From a virus (Duplodnaviria > Caudoviricetes): a DNA stretch of 55,309 nt. A program made the position numbers and the translations under genes. The stretch spans positions 1 to 55,309 of IMG/VR virus record IMGVR_UViG_3300044518_000003, one strand, 5' to 3'. This document shows, piece by piece, positions 8,854-18,068 of this stretch. Every line of letters starts with the position of its first letter. Positions within the stretch are counted from its first letter, which is position 1. The notes below the pieces were generated by a model. It was given only the letters and a program-made list of their open reading frames with translations. It searched no databases and was not told the DNA's origin.

Positions 8854-9060
8854 GTGGCAACCAAACAGAAATTCCTCGTTACGTACTCCTGTGTAAGTTC
8901 CGCAGGTAACTCCCAGTACGGCATGGAAGTGACGGACGATGTTGTTCGTTGGCTCGAGAACTGCCAGCAATACAACGGCGAGACGTATTACCTCATCAAC
9001 CAGCTGCCGATCACGGACGCAGAAGCTGCGCGCATCGACGGCGAACTGCGGGGCATGTGA
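8854..9060 (+). CDS. Hypothetical protein (68 aa)
   Basis: GTG start after GGAG; TGATG coupling to helicase. Confidence 0.7.
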   Translation: MATKQKFLVTYSCVSSAGNSQYGMEVTDDVVRWLENCQQYNGETYYLINQLPITDAEAARIDGELRGM

Positions 9061-10361
9061 TGGAACAGCTCAAGACCATTCCCCTGAACCAGGGACAGCA
9101 GGCTGCTGCCGATGGCTTTTTCGAAGCACTCTTCAGCCCGGACAAGGAGATCAACATCGCCGGCCCTGGTGGTGTGGGCAAGACCTTTCTGATGGGCCAT
9201 CTCATCGACCAGGTGATGCCGCGGTATCTCGACACCTGCAAGATGATGGGCATTGCCCCTGAGTATCTGGACGTCGAAATGACGGCCACGACCAACAAGG
9301 CCGCCGAAGTGCTCTCGGAAGCCACGGGCCGCCCGACCTCGACGATCTATTCCTTCCTGAGCCTGAAGATGAAGGAGGACTACGAGACCGGTGAGATCCG
9401 TGTGGCGAAAAGCAAAGAGTGGAAGGTTCACCAGAACAAGATCATCTTCGTCGACGAAGCCGGCATGACTGATCGCGTGCTGCGCAACTACATCAACGAA
9501 GGTACGCAGAACTGCAAGATCATCTATGTGGGTGATCACTGCCAGCTCGGCCCGGTGACTGAGCATGTCTCGTCGATCTACACGGACAGCCTGCCTTTTT
9601 TCGAGCTCACCGAGCCGATGCGGACAAATGTTCCGGAGTTGCACGCTATCAACCTGCAGCTGCGCGAGACGGTGGAAACTGGTGAGTTCAAGCCGATCCA
9701 ACTCGTCCCCGGCGTCATCGATCTGCTCAACGATGAGCAGATGGCGCACGAGCTGAACACGCAGTTTCTCGAACAGACGCACGACAAGCGCATCCTCGCC
9801 TACACGAACAAGCGTGTGATCCAGTACAACGATCACATCCGCACCGTGCGTCAGTTGCCGGATACGTTCGTGCCCGGCGAATTCCTGATCAACAACTCGG
9901 CAATCCAGCACAAAGTTGGCATGATACGAGTTGAGGAAGAGGTGGAGATCGAAAGTCAGTCATCCGAAACGGAACAAATCCTGATAGCGGAAAACGTCAA
10001 TCTGGAAGTCCGTCGCACGACTCTTCGTAATCGCCGTGGCAGCATCTACACGGACGTCATGGTGCCCGTCGATCGTGAGCACTTCACCGCCCTCGTCAAG
10101 TATTACGCGCAGAACAAGAACTGGAACCGCTACTTCTTCCTGAAGAACACGTTCCCGGACCTCCGCCAGCGTGATGCCGCCACTGTGCATAAGGCACAGG
10201 GCTCGACTTACGACACCGTATTCATTGACCTGGCAGATCTGTCGAAATGCCATAACCCGTTTACGGTTGCCCGTCTGCTTTACGTGGCCTTCTCTCGTGC
10301 GCGCAAGCGTGTCGTGCTATACGGCGAGCTCGCAGAAAAGTATGGAGGCCTGATCCAGTGA
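9060..10361 (+). CDS. SF1B Dda/RecD-like DNA helicase (N4 gp37-like)
   Basis: Walker A GPGGVGKT, FVDEAGM, VGDHCQL, TVHKAQGSTY, YVAFSRAR. Confidence 0.95.
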   Translation: MEQLKTIPLNQGQQAAADGFFEALFSPDKEINIAGPGGVGKTFLMGHLIDQVMPRYLDTCKMMGIAPEYLDVEMTATTNKAAEVLSEATGRPTSTIYSFLSLKMKEDYETGEIRVAKSKEWKVHQNKIIFVDEAGMTDRVLRNYINEGTQNCKIIYVGDHCQLGPVTEHVSSIYTDSLPFFELTEPMRTNVPELHAINLQLRETVETGEFKPIQLVPGVIDLLNDEQMAHELNTQFLEQTHDKRILAYTNKRVIQYNDHIRTVRQLPDTFVPGEFLINNSAIQHKVGMIRVEEEVEIESQSSETEQILIAENVNLEVRRTTLRNRRGSIYTDVMVPVDREHFTALVKYYAQNKNWNRYFFLKNTFPDLRQRDAATVHKAQGSTYDTVFIDLADLSKCHNPFTVARLLYVAFSRARKRVVLYGELAEKYGGLIQ

Positions 10362-10368
10362 GGAAAGA

Positions 10369-10872
10369 ATGGCACGCACTGAGATTTATCCCCTCATCGA
10401 GGGGATCAAGGTCAAGCTCTTCGAACCTGAAGAGCGGCGCCTGAAAGCTGGTATCGACCGGCTGGTCGAGCAGCATGAAGAAATTACCGGGCGAGTGCAT
10501 GAACGCGGGTTCATGTTCAGCGGTGAGACCTACCGGCACAGCCGTGCGGACCTCATCTACAAGTCCTACCCCATGCTGACATGGGCACTCAATGATGAGA
10601 TGGAAGCATGGCTAAAAGATCGCAAGGCCATCAACCTCGATCGGGACCAGATCGGGCAGATGCTGTTCAAGCTGCTCTATCAGGCGAACGACCAGCAGGA
10701 GATGCGGGACACCTTACCAGAGTGTGTGGTGAACCTCTTCCCCTCGCTCCGTGGGATGAGCCGGAAGTTCAACCAGGAGTTTCTGATCCGGCACAACGAA
10801 CGGGACTTGAAACAGTTCCGAAAGATCCTGCCGAAGATCGAGCTGTACGCAATGGCCAGGCTGATTTACTGA
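10369..10872 (+). CDS. Conserved hypothetical protein (N4 gp38-like position)
   Basis: 167-aa ORF between helicase and polymerase, GAGG SD. Confidence 0.8.
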   Translation: MARTEIYPLIEGIKVKLFEPEERRLKAGIDRLVEQHEEITGRVHERGFMFSGETYRHSRADLIYKSYPMLTWALNDEMEAWLKDRKAINLDRDQIGQMLFKLLYQANDQQEMRDTLPECVVNLFPSLRGMSRKFNQEFLIRHNERDLKQFRKILPKIELYAMARLIY

Positions 10873-10880
10873 GGAACAAG

Positions 10881-13550
10881 ATGCGTCACCACGTCTATGC
10901 AGAGCAGCCCGAGTATCCGGTCTGCCTGCTGGTCGGACAGATCCGCAAGGATGAAATCCGGCAAGCCTACTTCGACGGTTCCGGCGTTGACGCTGAGGAC
11001 TGCCTGGTGCTGGATCTGCATCAGGCCGAGGGCAAGAAGAAAACGCCCGCCTCGGAAATGAAGGCCTACATCACCGAAGCACTGCAGGAAGTGCTCGATG
11101 ACAACCGGGTGCGCTATGTCGTGTGCACGGACTCCGACTACTTCAAGACGCTCACCGGCGTCTCGAAGGTCGATGCCAACCTCGGCTACGTGCTCGACTC
11201 GAAGTATGGGTCGCAAAAGGTCATCTATGCACCGAGCTACCGGGCCATCTTCTATGACCCGGCAGGTGTGAAGAGCAAGATCGCCCGTGCCATGCAGGCA
11301 CTGGTGGACCATGCGACCGAGCAGTATCAGGATCCGGGCCACGGCATCATCAAGTTCGCAGAGTATCCGCAGACCGACGAGGAGATCGAGGCGTGGCTCA
11401 TCCGGCTGCTGGAGATGGACTGCCCGCTCACGATCGACATTGAGGCCTTCAGCCTCAAGCACTATGACGCCGGCATTGGCACGATCAGCTTCGCCTGGAA
11501 CCAGGGAGAAGGGATTGCTTTCCCGGTGGACTATGTGCCCATCGAGGGTGCGACCGAGGCACCGTTCGGGATCCAGGTGAGGAATGAGTACCGCCGCGAG
11601 ATGCTGCGGGCATTCTTCCTTCAACTGGCTCACAAGGCGATCTATCACAACATCGCCTTCGATGCCTATGTGCTGATCTATCAGCTCTTCATGAAGGATA
11701 TCTGCGACACCGCAGGCCTGCTGGACGGGCTGGAGGTGATGCTGGGTGAAGGCAAGTGGGACTGCACCAAGCTCATCACGTACCTGGCCACCAACTCATG
11801 CGGCGGCAATGAACTGGGTCTGAAGGACCAGTCGCAGGAGTTCGCGGGCAACTATGCCCAGTCGGACATCCACGACATCACGAAGATCCCGCTGCCGGTG
11901 CTGCTCAAGTACAACCTGGTCGATGCACTGGCCACCTGGTATGTGCACGGCAAGCACTATTCCACGATGGTGGCCGACCAGCAATTGGGTGTCTACCAGA
12001 CACTCTTCCAGCCAGCCACCCTGGATATCGTCCAGATGCAGCTCACCGGCATGCCACTGAGCATGGAACGGGTGCTGGAAGTCGAGGCCGCCCTGCAGGC
12101 GATCTATGACGATGCTGTCACCCGCATCAAGCAGACGAAGTGCATCCAGCAGTTCGAGTACCGGCTGAAGGAAAAGTACATCGAGAAAAAGCATGCTGAG
12201 TGGAAGAAGAAGCGCATCACCATGGCCGAGGTGCCGGATGACGTCGTGTTCAATCCACGCAGCTACCCGCAGTTGCAGGATCTGCTCTACGAGATGCTGG
12301 GCCTGCCCGTCATTTCGTACACGAAGACGAAGCAGCCGTCAGCGGATGGCGACACGCTGGAGTTGCTGCGCAACCACACGCAGGACCAGGACATTCTGGA
12401 TCTGCTGAATGCACTGATCGACCACGCAGCCGTGGACAAGATCCTGGGCACCTTCATCCCGGCGATGAAGAATGCGCAGCTCGGCCCCGATGGCTGGCAC
12501 TACCTGTTCGGCAACTTCAACCTGGGTGGTACGGTCTCCGGCCGCCTGAGCTCGAGCGACCCGAACATGCAGAACCTGCCGGCCAATGTCGCCATGGTGA
12601 TCTCGGCGGCGCTCCTGGCGCTCTACCCATTCCTGGCGCAGTTCACCAAGAAGGGCAAGCTGTCGCTAGGCAAGCTGATCAAGTATTGCTTCATGCCGCC
12701 GCCCGGATGGATCTTTGCCGGACTGGACTTCGCTTCACTCGAGGACCGCATCAGTGCCCTTACAACCAAAGATCCAAATAAGCTCAAGGTCTACACGGAC
12801 GGCTATGACGGCCACTGTCTACGCGCACATGCGTACTTCGGGGAGTCGATGCCTGATATCGACGCTACATCTGTGGCTTCGATCAACTCCATTGAGGGCA
12901 AGTACAAGGACTTCCGTCAAGACTCGAAAGCGCCCACCTTTGCGCTTACGTACCAGGGCACCTTCAAGACGCTGATGACCAACTGTGGCTTCTCCCTGGA
13001 GAAAGCGCAGATGGTTGAGGGACGCTACAAGGCGCTCTACAAGGTGTCGATCGACTGGGTGCAGGCCAAGCTCGACCAGGCCTCGAAGGACGGTTATGTC
13101 ACGGCAGCTTTTGGCTTGCGGGTTCGCACTCCCCTGCTCGCCCAGGTCATTCGTGGCACGAGCAAGACACCGCACGAGGCGGAGGCCGAAGGCCGCACAG
13201 CTGGCAATGCACTCGGCCAGAGCTGGTGTCTGCTCAATTCCCGTGCTGGCTCGGAGTTCATGGGCAAGGTCCGGACGAGCGAGCACCGGCTGAATATCCG
13301 TCCGTGTGCGCAGATCCACGACGCCGGCTACTTCCTGATCAAGGAGGATCCGGACGCCTTGCTCTACACAAACAAACATCTAGTTAAGGCAGTGCAATGG
13401 CAGGAACATCCTGACATTGCCCATGATCAGGTGAAGCTCGGCGGAGAAGTGTCGATCTTCTTTCCTGACTGGTCCAACGAGATAACTATCCCGAATTCGG
13501 TGTCCACACCGGAAGAGTTGGGTGAAGTCATCGAAGCGGCACTGAGTTAA
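10881..13550 (+). CDS. Family A DNA polymerase with 3'-5' exonuclease
   Basis: Exo motifs DIEAF, HNIAFD, YNLVD; TVSGRLSSSDPN; motif A DFASLEDR; motif B RQDSKAPTFALTY; motif C QIHDA; start revised to 10881 (GAGG SD). Confidence 0.96.
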   Translation: MRHHVYAEQPEYPVCLLVGQIRKDEIRQAYFDGSGVDAEDCLVLDLHQAEGKKKTPASEMKAYITEALQEVLDDNRVRYVVCTDSDYFKTLTGVSKVDANLGYVLDSKYGSQKVIYAPSYRAIFYDPAGVKSKIARAMQALVDHATEQYQDPGHGIIKFAEYPQTDEEIEAWLIRLLEMDCPLTIDIEAFSLKHYDAGIGTISFAWNQGEGIAFPVDYVPIEGATEAPFGIQVRNEYRREMLRAFFLQLAHKAIYHNIAFDAYVLIYQLFMKDICDTAGLLDGLEVMLGEGKWDCTKLITYLATNSCGGNELGLKDQSQEFAGNYAQSDIHDITKIPLPVLLKYNLVDALATWYVHGKHYSTMVADQQLGVYQTLFQPATLDIVQMQLTGMPLSMERVLEVEAALQAIYDDAVTRIKQTKCIQQFEYRLKEKYIEKKHAEWKKKRITMAEVPDDVVFNPRSYPQLQDLLYEMLGLPVISYTKTKQPSADGDTLELLRNHTQDQDILDLLNALIDHAAVDKILGTFIPAMKNAQLGPDGWHYLFGNFNLGGTVSGRLSSSDPNMQNLPANVAMVISAALLALYPFLAQFTKKGKLSLGKLIKYCFMPPPGWIFAGLDFASLEDRISALTTKDPNKLKVYTDGYDGHCLRAHAYFGESMPDIDATSVASINSIEGKYKDFRQDSKAPTFALTYQGTFKTLMTNCGFSLEKAQMVEGRYKALYKVSIDWVQAKLDQASKDGYVTAAFGLRVRTPLLAQVIRGTSKTPHEAEAEGRTAGNALGQSWCLLNSRAGSEFMGKVRTSEHRLNIRPCAQIHDAGYFLIKEDPDALLYTNKHLVKAVQWQEHPDIAHDQVKLGGEVSIFFPDWSNEITIPNSVSTPEELGEVIEAALS

Positions 13551-13584
13551 CTGGACGCCCCCACAATCCTCAAGTAATATCTAA

Positions 13585-13603
13585 TTAGAGTTAAGTTTGA
13601 GGG
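13585..13603 (+). promoter_or_regulatory. Intergenic motif TTAGA-N6-TTTG, copy 3
   Basis: TTAGA GTTAAG TTTG AGGG in an AT-rich gap after the polymerase. Confidence 0.45.
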
Positions 13604-13635
13604 GAACCGAACAGACCGTTCCCCTCTTTTCTTTC
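13599..13635 (+). terminator. Terminator-like hairpin
   Basis: GAGGGGAAC/GTTCCCCTC 9-bp stem followed by TTTTCTTT. Confidence 0.55.
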
Positions 13636-13647
13636 AGCGAGATCCCC

Positions 13648-14058
13648 ATGAGCAAAACCGCCAAGAAGTTCTATTTCCTCGTCGCTGCACAGATCATCTT
13701 CGTGATCCCGGATCCGGAAGGCAAGGACGATCCCAACATGAGCACGGCGTTCATCAACGGCGTCGTCACGAACGACCGTGACCTGTTCCCGTCGCACCTC
13801 GTGGGCAAGGCCCAGCAGGTCGCACAGATGCAGTTCTTCAAGCGCCTCGGTGACGAAGCGCCGAAGGTCCAGGTGATCGACGTGGTGATCGTGAACATCA
13901 ACAACCTCGGCTACATGACCGAGGAAGAGTTCACGGCAGCGCCGGCAGGCATGGTCAAGCAGGAAAAGAAGGAAGAGCCGAAGCTCACCATCGTCGGTAG
14001 CGGTGCAGACGTGCTCGACCCGGCAGCCATCGCCGCAGCAGCGAACACCCTGCAATGA
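13648..14058 (+). CDS. Hypothetical protein (136 aa)
   Basis: MSKTAKKFYFL...; strong codon bias; ATGA-coupled downstream. Confidence 0.8.
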   Translation: MSKTAKKFYFLVAAQIIFVIPDPEGKDDPNMSTAFINGVVTNDRDLFPSHLVGKAQQVAQMQFFKRLGDEAPKVQVIDVVIVNINNLGYMTEEEFTAAPAGMVKQEKKEEPKLTIVGSGADVLDPAAIAAAANTLQ

Positions 14059-14534
14059 GCCAGGAAAAGCAACTGGAGAGCTCTGGGGGCCGGGTGAATT
14101 ACTACCTGGTCCAGGTCGATCATCCGCAGCGTGAAGACCAGGCTCCGTATCAGGCCGAGTGCGAGGACATCATCGATGCACTCGGCTGCACGCCGGACGA
14201 GGCGAATATCCTCAAGGAAATCTGGCGTTCGGCCAATGAACGCACTCACGGTAAGGGTAAGGTCGGCAACACGGTCCTGCGCTCCGCCGAGAAGATCGTG
14301 CACTACGGTGGCCGCATACTGCGCAAGGCGAAGCGGGTAACTGTGCCGACAGTCAAGAAGGATCGGTCACAGGAGCGTCTTTGGAGTGAGCACGACCAGA
14401 CCGGATCCTATCCGCTGGGCGTACTCAGCGGCACCCTGGTCAATGTCGTTGATATCCAGGGCATCCGGTACAGCAACCTGACAGCCCGAGAGATCCACTG
14501 GAAAAGCGTCCAGACCTGGCAACACGCCCGCTGA
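14055..14534 (+). CDS. DUF3310-like protein with C-terminal extension
   Basis: GGRVNYY...ECEDII...ANILKEIWR...AEKIVHY resembles the DUF3310 pattern. Confidence 0.6.
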   Translation: MSQEKQLESSGGRVNYYLVQVDHPQREDQAPYQAECEDIIDALGCTPDEANILKEIWRSANERTHGKGKVGNTVLRSAEKIVHYGGRILRKAKRVTVPTVKKDRSQERLWSEHDQTGSYPLGVLSGTLVNVVDIQGIRYSNLTAREIHWKSVQTWQHAR

Positions 14535-14603
14535 CTGACCTCTGACGGGCACCTGATTCTTTCCTTGGTTCAAGTGCCCTTCATTCCCCCTGGGACTCCT
14601 AAC

Positions 14604-15581
14604 ATGCAACGAATCACGAACAACGGCGATATTTCGCTGGCGCTCGCCGTGTGGATTCTCCACGACGAGTACGACTATGTGAACGAAGAGAACTACATCA
14701 GCGCAACCCGCCTGATGCGCCCTCTGCGTCAACTGGTGCTGCCCAATCGCATTCCCGAGCCGCAACGCCGGCTGCCGGACGTCGAGGATTTCATCCCCTC
14801 GGCACTCGGCAAGAGCCTGCACGACTCGATCGAAAAGGCATGGGTCAAGGGTTACGCCAAGATCCTGAAGTCGCTCGGCTACACCGACGATCTGATCTCC
14901 CATGTCCGAATCAACCCGGAAGAGCCAGAGGAAGGCACGATCCCCATCTACCTCGAGCAGCGCAGCACGCGTCAGGTCACGGTCAATGGCCGGGTCTACA
15001 CCGTGGGCGGCAAGTTCGACATGGTGATGGAGGGCATCGTCCAGGACAACAAGTCCACCACCGCCTACACCTGGCTGTATGGCGGCAAGGATGACGACTA
15101 CCGCCTGCAGGGCTCGATCTATCGTTGGCTGAACCCCGACAAGATCACCGAGGACTTCATCCGCATCAACTTCATCTTCACGGACTGGAAGAAGGCTGAC
15201 GCCCGCTCGAATCCGAATTATCCGCAGCGCCGGGTGATGCACAAGGACATTCCGCTGCTCTCGCTCGACGAGACTGACGCATGGATCCGCGCGAAGCTGA
15301 CCCAGGTGCAGAAGTACATGAAGGCACCGCAGGAGCAGATTCCGGAGTGCACCGACGAAGAGCTGTGGCGCTCGGATCCGAAGTTCAAGTATTACTCGGA
15401 CCCGGCTAAGGTCGGCGGCAAGTCCACCAAGAATTTCGACACCCTGGCTGAAGCCAATGCGCATCTCGCAGAGAAGGCCAAGGGCATCGTCATCACCGTG
15501 CCTGGTGAAGTCAAGCGTTGCGGCTATTGCGATGCATATGACATTTGCCAGCAGAAAGACAGGTATCTCACACCATCATGA
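14604..15581 (+). CDS. PD-(D/E)XK nuclease, Cas4/RecB-like (N4 gp42-like)
   Basis: GKSLH, GKFD...QDNKST, LQGSIY; C-terminal Cys cluster ECT...CGYCDAYDIC. Confidence 0.88.
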   Translation: MQRITNNGDISLALAVWILHDEYDYVNEENYISATRLMRPLRQLVLPNRIPEPQRRLPDVEDFIPSALGKSLHDSIEKAWVKGYAKILKSLGYTDDLISHVRINPEEPEEGTIPIYLEQRSTRQVTVNGRVYTVGGKFDMVMEGIVQDNKSTTAYTWLYGGKDDDYRLQGSIYRWLNPDKITEDFIRINFIFTDWKKADARSNPNYPQRRVMHKDIPLLSLDETDAWIRAKLTQVQKYMKAPQEQIPECTDEELWRSDPKFKYYSDPAKVGGKSTKNFDTLAEANAHLAEKAKGIVITVPGEVKRCGYCDAYDICQQKDRYLTPS

Positions 15582-17743
15582 TCGACCTGACCGGGGTTAT
15601 CCACCATCCGGCTGTGGAAGAGCTCGTCGAGGTTCTGTGCAACAAGACGCAGAACACCGACAAGGGGTTCTTTCGCACCGAAGTCGCCTACTTCCTCGGG
15701 AAGATGGCGAGCAACATGCGGGCGCTGATCGTCACGAAGGACCGTGGCGAGATCCCCGTGAACATCTACGCACTGGCATTGGCCACGTCCGGCTTCGGCA
15801 AGGGCCACTCGGTCCATGTCGTCGAGAACGAATTCATGAAGGGCTTCAAAAAGCGCTTCATGGAAGACACCATGCCGGTCATCTCGGAGAAGCACCTGAA
15901 CGAGATGGCGAACCACCGTGCTGGCAAGAATGGCACGGACCCGCAGGAAGAGCTGGAGGCCCTGCACGGCGAGTACAAGCGCGCCGGCGCATTCCCGTTC
16001 ACCTTCGACTCGGGCACGGCTCCGGCTGTGAAGCAGTTGCGCCAGAAGCTGCTGCTCTCGGCCTGTGGCTCCATTAACCTGCAGATCGACGAGATCGGCT
16101 CGAACCTGGTCAACAACATCGAGGTGCTGAACCTGTATCTCGAGCTCTACGACCAGGGCATCGTGAAGCAGAAGCTCACGAAGAACACGGCAGAAAACAC
16201 GCGTGGAGAGGAAGTCGATGGCAAGACCCCGGCCAACATGCTTCTGTTCGGCACGCCGTCCAAATTACTGGACGGGGGACAGACGGAGAATGAGTTTTAC
16301 TCGTTCCTCGACACCGGTTACGCACGTCGCTGCCTGTTTGGTTTCGGCCAACAGGATCGGAAGGCTTCGCACTCCATGTCGGCGGAAGAGGTCTATAAGC
16401 GCCTGACCGAACCGACCAACAACGTGGTCGTGGCCAAGTGGTCGGCTCACTTCCACAAGCTGGCTGATCCGGCTGTCTACGGCTGGAAGATGACGGTCGA
16501 GGATGATGTGGCGATCGCCCTGCTCCAGTACAAGATCCACTGTGAGCAGGTGGCCGACGCCATGGCCGAGCACGAGGAGATCAAGAAGGCGGAGCTCGGA
16601 CACCGTTACTTCAAGGCTCTGAAGCTGGCCGGCGCCTATGCGTTCGTCGACGAATCGAACGAGGTCGAGATGGACCACCTGAAACAGGCCATCCTGCTCG
16701 TCGAAGAGTCGGGTGCAGCGTTCCAGACCATCCTGAACCGTGAGAAGTCTTACGTGAAGCTGGCGAAGTACATCGCCACCTGCGGCACGGAAGTCACCCA
16801 CGCGGATCTGCTCGAAGCGCTGCCCTTCTACAAGTCGGGCAATGCTGCACGCAACGAGATGATGGGTCTGGCCGTGGCCTGGGGCTACAAGAAGCACATC
16901 GTCATCAAGAAGTTCTACATCGACGGCATCGAGTTCTTCAAGGGTGAGACTTTGCAGGAGACGAACCTCGATGAGCTGATCCTTTCGTATGGCAATAGCT
17001 GGGCCTACGACTACCTGGACGAACTGGTGCCGTTCGACCAGCTGCACATGCTCGCACAGGCAGCCCAGGACGATGGCAGCCCGATGCACTGGGTCAACCA
17101 TCGGCTCAAGCGTGGCCACCGTGCGGAAGAGAACGTGATCGCCGGCTTCAATGTGGTTGTGATCGACGTGGACGAAGGTGTGTCCCTCGAGACCTGTCAT
17201 GAACTGATGAAGGACTACAAGTTCCTGACGTACACCACGAAGCGACACACGGACGAGTGCAACCGCTTCCGCCTGATCCTGCCCATCAACTATGTGCTGG
17301 AACTGGACTCCGAGGACTACAAGGAGTTCATGAACAACATCATGGAATGGCTGCCGTTCAAGACGGACGAATCGGCAAACCAGCGAGCCAAGAAGTGGGA
17401 AACCTACCCCGGTGGGAAGTACCACTACAACCTCGAAGGCGAGATCCTCGACGCACTGCGGTTCATCCCGAAGACGACGAAGAACGAGCAGTATCTGAGC
17501 GAGATGAAGCAGATCGGCTCGATGGACAACCTCGAGCGCTGGTTTGCTGGCCGTATTGCCTCGGGCAACCGCAACAACCAGATGATCAAGTACGCGCTGG
17601 CACTCGTCGATTCCGGCATGGACCTGATGGCCGTCAACAGCCAGGTGCACGCATTCAACTCGAAGCTGAACAACCCGCTGACGGCGGATGAGATCAACAG
17701 CACCATCATGGTGACGGTCTCGAAGCGCTACCAGAAACACTGA
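15578..17743 (+). CDS. DNA primase / DNS protein (N4 gp43-like)
   Basis: ATSGFGKG P-loop, VVIDVD, YTTKRH, RFRLILP, C-terminal PriCT-like GNRNNQMIKYA. Confidence 0.9.
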   Translation: MIDLTGVIHHPAVEELVEVLCNKTQNTDKGFFRTEVAYFLGKMASNMRALIVTKDRGEIPVNIYALALATSGFGKGHSVHVVENEFMKGFKKRFMEDTMPVISEKHLNEMANHRAGKNGTDPQEELEALHGEYKRAGAFPFTFDSGTAPAVKQLRQKLLLSACGSINLQIDEIGSNLVNNIEVLNLYLELYDQGIVKQKLTKNTAENTRGEEVDGKTPANMLLFGTPSKLLDGGQTENEFYSFLDTGYARRCLFGFGQQDRKASHSMSAEEVYKRLTEPTNNVVVAKWSAHFHKLADPAVYGWKMTVEDDVAIALLQYKIHCEQVADAMAEHEEIKKAELGHRYFKALKLAGAYAFVDESNEVEMDHLKQAILLVEESGAAFQTILNREKSYVKLAKYIATCGTEVTHADLLEALPFYKSGNAARNEMMGLAVAWGYKKHIVIKKFYIDGIEFFKGETLQETNLDELILSYGNSWAYDYLDELVPFDQLHMLAQAAQDDGSPMHWVNHRLKRGHRAEENVIAGFNVVVIDVDEGVSLETCHELMKDYKFLTYTTKRHTDECNRFRLILPINYVLELDSEDYKEFMNNIMEWLPFKTDESANQRAKKWETYPGGKYHYNLEGEILDALRFIPKTTKNEQYLSEMKQIGSMDNLERWFAGRIASGNRNNQMIKYALALVDSGMDLMAVNSQVHAFNSKLNNPLTADEINSTIMVTVSKRYQKH

Positions 17744-17750
17744 GGACACG

Positions 17751-18023
17751 ATGAATTTCGGTGAAGCACTCCAGTTGATGAAAGAGGGTTATGCCGTCGA
17801 ACGCGAAGGCTGGAACGGGAAAGACATGTTCGTCTATCTAGTTCCGGCCAATGCCTACCCGGCACAAACCGGCGTGGCCAAGCGCCATTTCGGTGAGGGT
17901 GCTCTCGTGCCCTACGGCGCTTACTTCGCCATCAAGGGAACGGGCGGCGTGGTGAATACCTGGGTGCCGAGCGTCACGGACTGCTTGGCAGAAGACTGGC
18001 TGGTCAAACTGATCAACCCCTGA
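17751..18023 (+). CDS. tad2: DUF2829 / Tad2-like protein (putative cyclic-nucleotide signal sponge)
   Basis: MNFGEAL..MKEG..V.REGWNGKDMFV...PY...W.PS.TD.LAEDW is the DUF2829 signature; GAGG SD. Confidence 0.85.
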   Translation: MNFGEALQLMKEGYAVEREGWNGKDMFVYLVPANAYPAQTGVAKRHFGEGALVPYGAYFAIKGTGGVVNTWVPSVTDCLAEDWLVKLINP

Positions 18024-18068
18024 TCCCTTTCCTTGGCTCGGATGATTCTGAGCCAAGAGGAGAAACAC

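Noticed and set aside
10608-10880. Extended polymerase start (similarly 8949 for the helicase and 44898 for the Ala-rich gene)
   Set aside because: Overlaps upstream genes; downstream ATGs have SD sequences or stop-start coupling
14604-15581. Cas4-like nuclease as evidence of a CRISPR system
   Set aside because: It is a syntenic N4 core replication gene; no repeat-spacer array or other cas genes seen in the window
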